Positions 1 to 7,632 are shown, counted from the stretch's first letter. The stretch: DNA of 39,287 nt from a virus (IMGVR_UViG_3300037047_000292:1-39287), one strand, 5' to 3'. Numbers and translations: made by a program. Notes: generated from the sequence alone by a model not told the origin.

Positions 1-1617
1 TTCAAAGAGATTTTCTTTGCCTAAGATCTCTACAATACCAGCTTTTTCGAGTATGTCTAAGGGCTGTTGTTTGAGTCCAGAGAGCAAAAGCTTGATTTTA
101 TGATTGGAACAAATCTTGATGATGCGCTTCAGGGCGTGGATGGCTGTGGCATCCATGGCGGGGACGTTGCGTAGCCTGAGGATTAAGGTGTCCGTCTTGA
201 TATTCACTTGATCGATAATCTCTAAGAATTTATCTGCTGCACCAAAGAATAAAGGACCGTTGACCTCATATACTTGGATGCCCTCGGGTAGTCTGGCGAA
301 GATAGAGCTGTCGAAGGAAGGTGTAAAGCTATCGTCATCTTCTGCGGCATCACGTGTTAATTCACTGATCTCTGTCACATCTGCCATGCGTTTCATAAAT
401 AGGAGAGATGCTAAGACCATGCCGATTTGGATGGCTTGCACCAAATCTATCAAAACGGTGATAAGGAAGGTAATGACCAAGACGATGACGTCGCTCTTTG
501 GAGATTTGAGAAGGGCTATGAATTCACGCCATTCACTCATGTTGTAAGCGACGACGATGAGGATGGCAGCAAGGGCTGATAAAGGAATCATTTTGGCCAG
601 CGGCATAAAGCTTACCATAATCAGAAGCAGGACCACTGCATGGACCATGCCAGCCACTGGCGTTTGTGCGCCATTGCGTATGTTAGCCGCTGTTCTTGCG
701 ATGGCACCTGTAGCGGGAATACCACCGAAAAGTCCAGAAGCTATGTTGGCGATACCCTGAGCAATGAGTTCTGTGTTAGATCTGTGTTTGCCACCTGTCA
801 TACCATCGGCAACAACTGCGGATAGTAAGGATTCAATGGACCCTAAAAGTGCAATGGTGAAAGCAGGGGCTAGAAGTAGTTTGATTTTTTCAAAACTAAA
901 AGAGGGCAAATGTGGCATTGGGAGGGCAGATGACAATTCACCGAACTTTTGACCGATGGTCATGATGTCTAATCCGCCAAGTTGGACAATGGCCGTGGTG
1001 ACGATGAGGGCTATGAGTGAGCCCGGAACCTTGCTGAATTTTTTGGGCCAGAAAATGATTATTAAAAGAGCCAACAGTCCGATAAGAAATGTCTGTAAGT
1101 GAATCGTTCCAGCAGCTTTGATGTAAACGGCCCATTTTTCGATAAATTCAACTGGGGTGTGCTCAAGTTGAAGACCGAAGAAATCTTTGATTTGAGATGA
1201 GAAGATGGTCAAGGCGATGCCACTTGTAAAGCCTGTAGTAATGGGATAGGGGATAAACTTGATGACGCTTCCCATTTTAAAGATCCCCATGAGAAGAACC
1301 ATGAAGCCACCCATCATGGTGGCCATAATAAGACCATCAACGCCGTACTGGGTCACGATACCAAAGACGATGACCATATAAGCGCCTGTTGGGCCACCTA
1401 TTTGAACGCGGCTACCCCCAAGGAAGGAGATGATAAAGCCAGCGATGATTGCTGTATGGAGCCCTTTTTCAGGAGATACACCAGAGGCAATAGCCAAGGC
1501 GATTGAAAGGGGCAGTGCGATAATAGCAACAATAATCCCAGCGATTAGGTCACTCATAAATAATTTGCTGTTGTAGTTTTTTATTGTAGAAAAAAACATG
1601 GGTTTAAAAACATTCAT
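1..1617 (-). CDS. SulP-family inorganic anion permease with C-terminal STAS domain (3' end truncated by window edge)
   Basis: My minus-strand translation starts MNVFKPMFFSTIKNYNSKLFMSDLIAGIIVAIIALPLSIALAIASGVSPEKGLHTAIIAG (SulP signature) and reaches STAS-like LLLSGLKQQPLDILEKAGIVEILGKENLFE at base 1. RBS-like GGGAG upstream. No stop in the window, which explains its absence from the ORF track. Confidence 0.93.
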   Translation of the reverse strand, partial: MNVFKPMFFSTIKNYNSKLFMSDLIAGIIVAIIALPLSIALAIASGVSPEKGLHTAIIAGFIISFLGGSRVQIGGPTGAYMVIVFGIVTQYGVDGLIMATMMGGFMVLLMGIFKMGSVIKFIPYPITTGFTSGIALTIFSSQIKDFFGLQLEHTPVEFIEKWAVYIKAAGTIHLQTFLIGLLALLIIIFWPKKFSKVPGSLIALIVTTAIVQLGGLDIMTIGQKFGELSSALPMPHLPSFSFEKIKLLLAPAFTIALLGSIESLLSAVVADGMTGGKHRSNTELIAQGIANIASGLFGGIPATGAIARTAANIRNGAQTPVAGMVHAVVLLLIMVSFMPLAKMIPLSALAAILIVVAYNMSEWREFIALLKSPKSDVIVLVITFLITVLIDLVQAIQIGMVLASLLFMKRMADVTEISELTRDAAEDDDSFTPSFDSSIFARLPEGIQVYEVNGPLFFGAADKFLEIIDQVNIKTDTLILRLRNVPAMDATAIHALKRIIKICSNHKIKLLLSGLKQQPLDILEKAGIVEILGKENLFE

Positions 1618-1672
1618 CACAAAATCTCCCTACTGAGTAATTGGTATATAATTGACGATTGCGTCCAAATTC

Positions 1673-1700
1673 ATTCTAAACTTATTGCGCGCTATGTCAA
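1673..1700 (-). promoter_or_regulatory. Putative sigmaA promoter of the SulP gene
   Basis: Minus strand TTGACA-16 nt-TAGAAT, about 55 nt upstream of the start codon. Confidence 0.55.
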
Positions 1701-1780
1701 GGGATTTGGCTAATATCAGTGTTCTTGTAAGGTATAAAATTCTACGAAAAAAAATGTCTCCAACATTTTCTCAAAATCGA

Positions 1781-1809
1781 TTGACAATCGGACCAACCTA
1801 TTATAAGAT
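1781..1809 (+). promoter_or_regulatory. Putative sigmaA promoter of the tRNA cluster
   Basis: TTGACA (1781-1786)-17 nt-TAAGAT (1804-1809), 40 nt upstream of tRNA-Asn. Confidence 0.7.
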
Positions 1810-1848
1810 ACTCTTGTCGCCAAAAGTAGTACGGATGACAGTCAACAT

Positions 1849-1923
1849 TCCAAGGTAGCTCAATGGTGGAGCAACCGGCTGTTAACCGGTAGGTTGAGGG
1901 TTCGAGCCCCTCCCTTGGAGCCA
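1849..1923 (+). tRNA. tRNA-Asn (GTT)
   Basis: Acceptor TCCAAGG/CCTTGGA, anticodon arm ACCGG-CTGTTAA-CCGGT, T-loop GTTCGAG, encoded CCA. Confidence 0.97.
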
Positions 1924-1935
1924 GTTTTAAAATTC

Positions 1936-2011
1936 GGGAGCATAGCTCAGCTGGGAGAGCGCTTGCCTTACAAGCAAGATGTCATAGGTTCGATCCCTAT
2001 TGTTCCCACCA
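1936..2011 (+). tRNA. tRNA-Val (TAC)
   Basis: Acceptor GGGAGCA/TGTTCCC, anticodon arm CTTGC-CTTACAA-GCAAG, GTTCGAT, encoded CCA. Confidence 0.97.
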
Positions 2012-2032
2012 TTTTCACTGTAACAACTGCCT

Positions 2033-2116
2033 GCGGGTGTGGCGGAATTGGCAGACGCCCTAGACTTAGGATCTAGTGCCCAGTGCGTGGGGGTTCAAGT
2101 CCCTCCACCCGCACCA
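2033..2116 (+). tRNA. tRNA-Leu (TAG), at the prophage left boundary
   Basis: Acceptor GCGGGTG/CACCCGC, anticodon arm CTAGA-CTTAGGA-TCTAG, long variable arm, GTTCAAG, encoded CCA. Confidence 0.97.
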
Positions 2117-3650
2117 TCAAAGGACCACAAACATCCCCTTGAGTCATATCAGGGGGATTGGTCGTTTTTGAGAACCCTGTTAGTATGCTAAGGTCTATTC
2201 TATCTTCGGAAACAGTCGCATGTTCAACGAAGATTTGAAGGGCCTTTTTTTGTTGCATGGAGGTCATGTTCTTGATGTCTTGGTACTTGATCAAGTACTC
2301 TTTGATCTGTGCCTTGGAGAAGGATCTCTTCATAGCTTCATGCTTGGCTTCTGCCAGTCTTGCTTGAAGCAGATCACGAGATGCGCTTAGTTCATCTATC
2401 TTAGGTTTGATACTTGGGTTATAGCCAGTTTCAGCCACCATATCTATTAGGTTGTTCAATTGTTTCATTGTTTTAGACAGCTCGCCCTCGAGGCGCAGGA
2501 CTTCGTTCTGCACACTGTCAGATGTGTCAGTGATATAGGCATAGATTCTTTCAACGACGGAATCAATGATAGTAGGGGCAAACATGTGATCATAGAGGGT
2601 ATCAACGATCTTATCCTCAAGTAGCTCCTTGCGGATCCCTTTTGCGTCACATTGTCTGGTTCTCTTTTTAACATCGCACTCATAATAGTGATAAGTGTCG
2701 GCAGAGTCTTTAGATCTTCTGATGGTCTTGCCAACCATCATGGCGCCACATTTCCCGCAGCGGACTTTACTGGATAGCAAATAAACTGTTTTAGCAGTGT
2801 TGGCTCCGTTTTTCTTGACGTTGTCTTTCATCTTAGACCTCACCTTCTCAAATTCCTCACCGGTAATGATTGCCGGTACGCCACCTTCGATCCTGATAAT
2901 ATCTGCATCGTCCTTGCTTCGTCTACTGCTGCGCTTGCCATCGTGGCCAACATACTTGACCTTGTTATAGATATAGACCCCTGCGTACTTTTCATTCTTT
3001 AGAATCTCATGAAGACTATTCTTACCAAAAGGCTTGCCTTTCTTGGTCGTATACCCAAGATGATTCAGACGTTCCATGATGGCGCTATAGCCATGGCCGT
3101 CAAGATACATTTCAAATATGATGCGTATAGAACAGGCTTCATTTTCGTTTATAACGAGTTTTTTGTCAGTTCCGACATTATACCCGAGTGGAGGCGTGCC
3201 ACCTGTAAATTGAGCCTTGAGCGCTGTCTCAAGCATGCCTTTCATAACTTCGCGGGATAGATTTTTAGAGTAGTATTCAGCCATGCCCTCAAGTACTGAT
3301 TCTAATATCACAGACTCAGGGCTGTTATCTAAGTTTTCAAGGACAGAGCGAAGGAGTACGCCGTTGTGACGCAGCTGGCGCTTATAAATGGCAGAATCAT
3401 ACCGATCACGGGCGAAGCGATCCAGCTTATGGACAATGATCATGTCAAATAGACCATCCTTGGAGTCCTTGATCATATTCAGGAATCCTGGTCTTTGGTC
3501 AGTGGTAGCGGACTTTGCTTCGTCAGTATAGATCCGCACGATATTTATATTATTACGCAAGGAATAGTCATTGATGGCTCTTATCTGGGCATCAATAGAC
3601 TCTTCGCGTTGGTTGTCTGAGGAATAGCGACAGTAAGCTACTGCATTCAT
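2073..3650 (-). CDS. Large serine recombinase (phage integrase)
   Basis: Catalytic YCRYSS..Q motif, DRFAR, recombinase domain (PPLGY; LKNEKYAG), Zn ribbon CGKCG...YYEC...C, coiled coil. Confidence 0.95.
   Translation of the reverse strand: MNAVAYCRYSSDNQREESIDAQIRAINDYSLRNNINIVRIYTDEAKSATTDQRPGFLNMIKDSKDGLFDMIIVHKLDRFARDRYDSAIYKRQLRHNGVLLRSVLENLDNSPESVILESVLEGMAEYYSKNLSREVMKGMLETALKAQFTGGTPPLGYNVGTDKKLVINENEACSIRIIFEMYLDGHGYSAIMERLNHLGYTTKKGKPFGKNSLHEILKNEKYAGVYIYNKVKYVGHDGKRSSRRSKDDADIIRIEGGVPAIITGEEFEKVRSKMKDNVKKNGANTAKTVYLLSSKVRCGKCGAMMVGKTIRRSKDSADTYHYYECDVKKRTRQCDAKGIRKELLEDKIVDTLYDHMFAPTIIDSVVERIYAYITDTSDSVQNEVLRLEGELSKTMKQLNNLIDMVAETGYNPSIKPKIDELSASRDLLQARLAEAKHEAMKRSFSKAQIKEYLIKYQDIKNMTSMQQKKALQIFVEHATVSEDRIDLSILTGFSKTTNPPDMTQGDVCGPLMVRVEGLEPPRTGH
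2123..2169 (+). terminator. Putative intrinsic terminator of the tRNA cluster, inside the antisense integrase ORF
   Basis: ATCCCCTTGA-GTCATA-TCAGGGGGAT stem (one G-U), extended by GACCA/TGGTC, followed by GTTTTT. Confidence 0.6.
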
Positions 3651-3708
3651 GGAACGCCTTCTTTCTGATGATAATTCAAAACACTATTTCAGCAATGCCC
3701 TACAACCA

Positions 3709-3924
3709 CTACCTTCTAACCCTAATCATATGCAACCCATCAGCTCTAACGCTTGCCCGGTAAATCTTATCATCACCTTCAAACATGATCTTCTGTACTC
3801 GCATTTCTTTGAATTTCAAAACAGGTAGGTTGGCACTTACAATAGCTTCTAATTCAATTTTAAGTGCTCTCGGCAACAATTGCTGAAGCTCGTATACTGT
3901 TTCGGGCTTTAGTGCTATAAACAT
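3709..3924 (-). CDS. Hypothetical protein (71 aa)
   Basis: GAAAGGA RBS; co-oriented with the immunity operon, just upstream of the integrase. Confidence 0.65.
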   Translation of the reverse strand: MFIALKPETVYELQQLLPRALKIELEAIVSANLPVLKFKEMRVQKIMFEGDDKIYRASVRADGLHMIRVRR

Positions 3925-3971
3925 TTGGTTTGTCCTTTCAATATGTAATTTTTATTATTAAAAGTTTAGGT

Positions 3972-4045
3972 TGACGATTTTGCTGATGTCAACAAAATCG
4001 TCATAGCATATAACGGTATCGTTTTGGTGATGCAAACGATACGAT
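3972..4045. repeat. Two tandem related palindromic elements (44-bp period)
   Basis: TGACGATTTTGCTGA-TG-TCAACAAAATCGTCA (3972-4003, 15-bp arms, 1 mismatch) and GTATCGTTT-N9-AAACGATAC (4016-4042). Shared core TTTTG(C/G)TGATGnnAAC. Confidence 0.8.
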
Positions 4046-4046
4046 A

Positions 4047-5174
4047 CTACTGATCAAGTTTTGTATAAACCATATTTCTAAAAATAAGGCCAGTAGCAAT
4101 GCAGTCGCTCATTGCTCTGTGAGATGTTGGTCTGTGAATTTCAAAAAAATCGCATAAAGTATCCAATTTATGATCCATAACGTCGTACTCATAATCAGCA
4201 TCTCTGTCATATGCTCTATCTGCTTTATAATCATCATACTTTTTAAGCATTTTTTGACTGATTTCGAGCGTGTCAAAGTATTTTCTTTTTGACTCGGTTA
4301 AATCAATATTATTGGTGTGTAGAAACTTATAGTCAAAGCTCAAATTGTGGGCGACAACTGGCATAGTTCCAAAAAACTCCTTGAAAGAATCAACGACTTG
4401 ATGAATAGAAGGAGCGTCTTTTACATGATCATTTGTTATCCCGTTAATATCTGTGATTTCTTCAGTAATAGCGTTTTTAGGTTTGATGAATGTAGTCATG
4501 CATTCTACTGGCTCAAACTCTAAAAACTTAACGGCAGCTATTTCGATTATTTCGTCACGCCGTGCGCTTAGCCCCGTTGTCTCCACATCTACTACAATAA
4601 AGTTGCCGAATTTATCTCTTGAATCAGAAGGTCGGACCGCGGAGGTCTTAATCTCTGGTATAGGATCGTTGTTTCTAGTCTTATAAATTGGATCATCAAC
4701 AAGCTTGATGGGAATTAAATCTATGGAGTTTTGTAAATTGACGAAAGGCTGATATTTGGCTCGTAATTTGTCTTTTTTGACTTCATCTTCGATGCGCTTT
4801 GCTTCAATTTTGTCAGCTTCTAATTTCGCTATCTCTTTCTCCTTAAGTTCTTGCTTAAGTCGAATTGCTTCAGCTTTATCAATTTCCTTTTGTTGCTGCA
4901 AATTTTTAATATATGCCATCTTACTTTGAATGAAGTTACTACCTTGAATAGCTTCAGGTTGAGAAGTTTCATCAATATTCTTATTTGGTTTTTTCAGAAA
5001 TTTTAGAATAAGTACCCCTGGCACTGCAAAAACTAAAACGATAAACAGAGAGATTAACTCAATAGATCCAATTGCATTTTTTGAGTCAACAACGCCGAAT
5101 ACAAAAGTAAAGCCAAGAAACACAAGCCATAACCAAGCAGCTCCTCTTAAAAGCACTATCAAGAACGCCTTCAT
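4047..5174 (-). CDS. Membrane-anchored DEDDh 3'-5' exonuclease (DnaQ/PolC-exo-like domain)
   Basis: Two N-terminal hydrophobic segments, a K/E-rich coiled coil, then ExoI DVETTG, ExoII HNLSFD, ExoIII HRAMSD. ATG 5174 follows a GGAGGG RBS (track uses GTG 5186). Confidence 0.88.
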   Translation of the reverse strand: MKAFLIVLLRGAAWLWLVFLGFTFVFGVVDSKNAIGSIELISLFIVLVFAVPGVLILKFLKKPNKNIDETSQPEAIQGSNFIQSKMAYIKNLQQQKEIDKAEAIRLKQELKEKEIAKLEADKIEAKRIEDEVKKDKLRAKYQPFVNLQNSIDLIPIKLVDDPIYKTRNNDPIPEIKTSAVRPSDSRDKFGNFIVVDVETTGLSARRDEIIEIAAVKFLEFEPVECMTTFIKPKNAITEEITDINGITNDHVKDAPSIHQVVDSFKEFFGTMPVVAHNLSFDYKFLHTNNIDLTESKRKYFDTLEISQKMLKKYDDYKADRAYDRDADYEYDVMDHKLDTLCDFFEIHRPTSHRAMSDCIATGLIFRNMVYTKLDQ

Positions 5175-5194
5175 AAATCCCTCCACAAGTTTTA

Positions 5195-5659
5195 TTATCC
5201 GAACACCTTCATGACCCCTAGAGGGTCAAAATAGATGACGTGATTACCGACTACTGTGCAGACTCCGTATTTTTCATGGTAATAGGCAATAGACAGCTCT
5301 AAGTAGGGCTCTGTTACACCCAAGTATTCTGCTGTGGTATATCTATCGTGACAGCCATGATAGTAGCAGGCTATGAGTTGATCAAGAGGTATGAGTTGAT
5401 ATTGCGACCACTTATTGGCCGTTTTTTCTTGTTTTTGGTTGCCTAAGTCACGCTGATTTGTGATGTCGCCAGTGGTGGTGAAGTAGTGCCCAAGTTCTTC
5501 GGCTAAGATACAGGCTTTTTCGCTTTCTTTAGAAATAGCTTTGCTGATGCCGATTCGATTGTTTTTACACAGACCCTTTGCCTGTGATGTGAAGTGCTTT
5601 TCAATAACAATGATGCCATTTTCCTCTGCGTGGTTCACTAACTTATCATACAACCCCAT
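5195..5659 (-). CDS. ImmA/IrrE-like metallopeptidase (anti-repressor)
   Basis: CILAEELGHY (HExxH variant) and QEKTANKW; directly downstream of the XRE repressor. Confidence 0.85.
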   Translation of the reverse strand: MGLYDKLVNHAEENGIIVIEKHFTSQAKGLCKNNRIGISKAISKESEKACILAEELGHYFTTTGDITNQRDLGNQKQEKTANKWSQYQLIPLDQLIACYYHGCHDRYTTAEYLGVTEPYLELSIAYYHEKYGVCTVVGNHVIYFDPLGVMKVFG

Positions 5660-5666
5660 ATTTCAC

Positions 5667-6113
5667 CTATAAATCGTCAAGATCCTTTCTCATTTTTTCA
5701 AGTTCTTCTTCTGTTAATTCTGCCTCATTATGAGCTGCGCGGATCTCGAATACTGGGGTGAGCTGGTACCTAGGGATGTGAGTCAACTCTTCAACTCTGC
5801 CGATAGCTTCTTTTTTGCCGATGTCATTTAACTTTCTATATTGATCTAGCAATTTAGATTCTCCAATATTGACCGTCGGTTCAACTTTTAAATGTTGTTC
5901 AGACTTCTGATCATCGTCCCAACCCATCAAATATGCAGGACTGGTCTTAAGTGCATCGGAAAATTGGACAATTTTAGATTGAGATATGTCGTTTATGCCT
6001 TTTTCTATTTTATTTATTGTAGATCGAGATTTATATCCTAAAATTTCGGCTAAATCTTCCTGAGACAAACCAAGAATTTCTCTTCGTTTTTTTATTCTTT
6101 CTCCAATTACCAT
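5667..6113 (-). CDS. XRE-family HTH repressor (CI/ImmR-like)
   Basis: IGERIKKRREILGLSQEDLAEILGYKSRSTINKIEKG...SPAYLMGW; divergent from the cro-like gene. Confidence 0.92.
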   Translation of the reverse strand: MVIGERIKKRREILGLSQEDLAEILGYKSRSTINKIEKGINDISQSKIVQFSDALKTSPAYLMGWDDDQKSEQHLKVEPTVNIGESKLLDQYRKLNDIGKKEAIGRVEELTHIPRYQLTPVFEIRAAHNEAELTEEELEKMRKDLDDL

Positions 6114-6132
6114 ATTACACCTCCACGAATTA

Positions 6133-6241
6133 AGTATAGTTCTTTGTATTTATTTAATCAACATTTATTAAAAAAATACACAAATATAGTTGACGAATTA
6201 TCAACAAGATGTTAACATTGGTTTGTAGATAAATAATCAAC
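6133..6241. promoter_or_regulatory. Lysis/lysogeny switch: divergent promoters with three 17-bp operators
   Basis: Leftward TTGATT-17-TATACT (6161-6133); rightward TTGACG-17-TAACAT with extended TG (6190-6218). Operators GTATTTATTTAATCAAC 6146-6162, GTTGACGAATTATCAAC 6189-6205, GTAGATAAATAATCAAC 6225-6241. Confidence 0.8.
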
Positions 6242-6260
6242 AACAGAAAGGGGAAACTTA

Positions 6261-6473
6261 ATGACCAACACAGATGCAGTTAGACAATTAATAAAAGAAA
6301 AAGGACTTAAATATGGGTTTGTAGCTTCGGAGCTTGGAATAACAACGTATGGGCTACAACTAAAGATAAACAATAAAAATGAATTTAAGTCTGGTGAAAT
6401 TGCAAGAATGTGTGCAACGCTCGGAATAACAAGTTTAGAGGAGAAGGAAAGAATTTTTTTTGCCAGGATGTAG
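6261..6473 (+). CDS. Cro-like HTH regulator
   Basis: 70 aa, GLKYGFVASELGITTYGLQLKINNKNEFKSGEI pattern; first rightward gene; GAAAGGGG RBS. Confidence 0.85.
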   Translation: MTNTDAVRQLIKEKGLKYGFVASELGITTYGLQLKINNKNEFKSGEIARMCATLGITSLEEKERIFFARM

Positions 6474-6486
6474 ATTTATAATCAAC
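6470..6486. promoter_or_regulatory. Fourth operator copy overlapping the cro stop codon
   Basis: GTAGATTTATAATCAAC, 15/17 identical to the 6225-6241 copy. Confidence 0.7.
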
Positions 6487-6516
6487 TTTCATCGATTTAT
6501 AAAAGGAGGATAGACC

Positions 6517-6663
6517 ATGAAAAACGAGTTTGAAGTGAAAATTTTAATGGACCACAGCACTGTAAAAGAATTACCGGGCGTAATAAAAATTATTCAAAAA
6601 ACAGAATCTGAGTGCAATGCGACTTGCACCCAGATAGTGGTGGAGTTTAACCTACAGCGTTGA
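6517..6663 (+). CDS. Small hypothetical protein (48 aa; not in track), paralogous to the N-terminus of the next gene
   Basis: AAGGAGG RBS; MKNEFEVKILMDHSTVKELPGVIKIIQKTESECNATCTQIVVEFNLQR. Confidence 0.75.
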   Translation: MKNEFEVKILMDHSTVKELPGVIKIIQKTESECNATCTQIVVEFNLQR

Positions 6664-6686
6664 GTTTCAGAAAGGAGAAGGAAAAC

Positions 6687-7058
6687 ATGAGAACAGTCAA
6701 TGGTAAGCCAGTAACAGAATTGAAAGTCGAGATTCACGCAACAACAATTGGTCAAGCAGACGCAGTTATAAAAAGGATCAAAGAAATTGAATCAGAGTGC
6801 AATTTGGACTGCACTCTGATCGAAGTTAAATTGATGGACCTATATGCATCGAATCAGTCCATTCCAGAAGAAACACTTGCGTGGATGAAATCGGTTGGCA
6901 TCTTTGAAATCGGTAAGCCAATGGAGTTTCAGTCTATCCATTCTGACATGATTTATTCTAGGGACTATTTGGCGAATACACCTCTAGAAACACTCATTGA
7001 AAAAGAAGTGAAAAACAGAGACTTAAGCCAAGGGAAAGAAAAAACTTTTAATCTTTGA
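6687..7058 (+). CDS. Hypothetical protein
   Basis: AAAGGAGAAGG RBS before ATG 6687 (track start 6660 is likely too early). Confidence 0.7.
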   Translation: MRTVNGKPVTELKVEIHATTIGQADAVIKRIKEIESECNLDCTLIEVKLMDLYASNQSIPEETLAWMKSVGIFEIGKPMEFQSIHSDMIYSRDYLANTPLETLIEKEVKNRDLSQGKEKTFNL

Positions 7059-7373
7059 GAATGCGCCAAAGAAGCCGGAGACGCCATCTCTAAAGCGATA
7101 CTCCATATGAACGATGGCTTCGGTAGTTAAATAGTTTTGATATGCAATATTGTCAGCAGGATTAATCTTTAAAAATCCCAATTTACCAAGTTCAAAACAC
7201 GCAGCATCTATTAAATCATGACGCTCTTTAGGAAAATACTTTTGCTGTATAGTATGCGAACTTCCGAAAAATTTGGCAACGTGAATTTCTTTACCTGATT
7301 TAAGATCTGCCAAATAACTCTTGTAGAGAGTAGACAAAATTTTAGTAGCTAACTTAGTCATTCGAACATCCAT
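7023..7373 (-). CDS. Moron-like hypothetical protein, antisense to the early operon
   Basis: AAAGGGGG RBS before ATG 7373; own promoter; AT-rich. Confidence 0.75.
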   Translation of the reverse strand: MDVRMTKLATKILSTLYKSYLADLKSGKEIHVAKFFGSSHTIQQKYFPKERHDLIDAACFELGKLGFLKINPADNIAYQNYLTTEAIVHMEYRFRDGVSGFFGAFSKIKSFFFPLA

Positions 7374-7396
7374 ATCAATTCCCCCTTTTGATATCA

Positions 7397-7425
7397 ATAA
7401 TATCAAACGTGGAAGTGACTGGCAA
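7397..7425 (-). promoter_or_regulatory. sigmaA promoter of the antisense moron
   Basis: Minus strand TTGCCA-17 nt-TATTAT with extended TG. Confidence 0.7.
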
Positions 7426-7446
7426 ATTAATTAAGGAGGATAGACC

Positions 7447-7632
7447 ATGGAACTTTATAGGACAATAATAAGCATTGACATCAATACCGGAGCAGTTTTA
7501 TCAAAGCACACCGACCCTGAACCAGTGAAGACGATGCCAGACAACGAGTATATAGAGGGGTTTTTGAATCTTATGACTGGGAAGTCCCTTGAAGAGGTTA
7601 AACAGGATGTTTTGAGGATGGGTGAACAGTAA
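7447..7632 (+). CDS. Hypothetical protein
   Basis: AAGGAGG RBS. Confidence 0.75.
   Translation: MELYRTIISIDINTGAVLSKHTDPEPVKTMPDNEYIEGFLNLMTGKSLEEVKQDVLRMGEQ

Noticed and set aside
260-1135. Short track ORFs at 260-547, 557-760, 640-825, 764-952 and 938-1135
   Set aside because: They are shadows of the continuous minus-strand SulP frame (1-1617).
1652-2076. Track ORFs 1652-1858 and 1894-2076
   Set aside because: They overlap promoters and three well-formed tRNAs, and have no RBS.
4047-5174. Calling the exonuclease dnaQ or polC
   Set aside because: The TM anchor, lack of polymerase domains and immunity-operon context argue against a replicative proofreading subunit.
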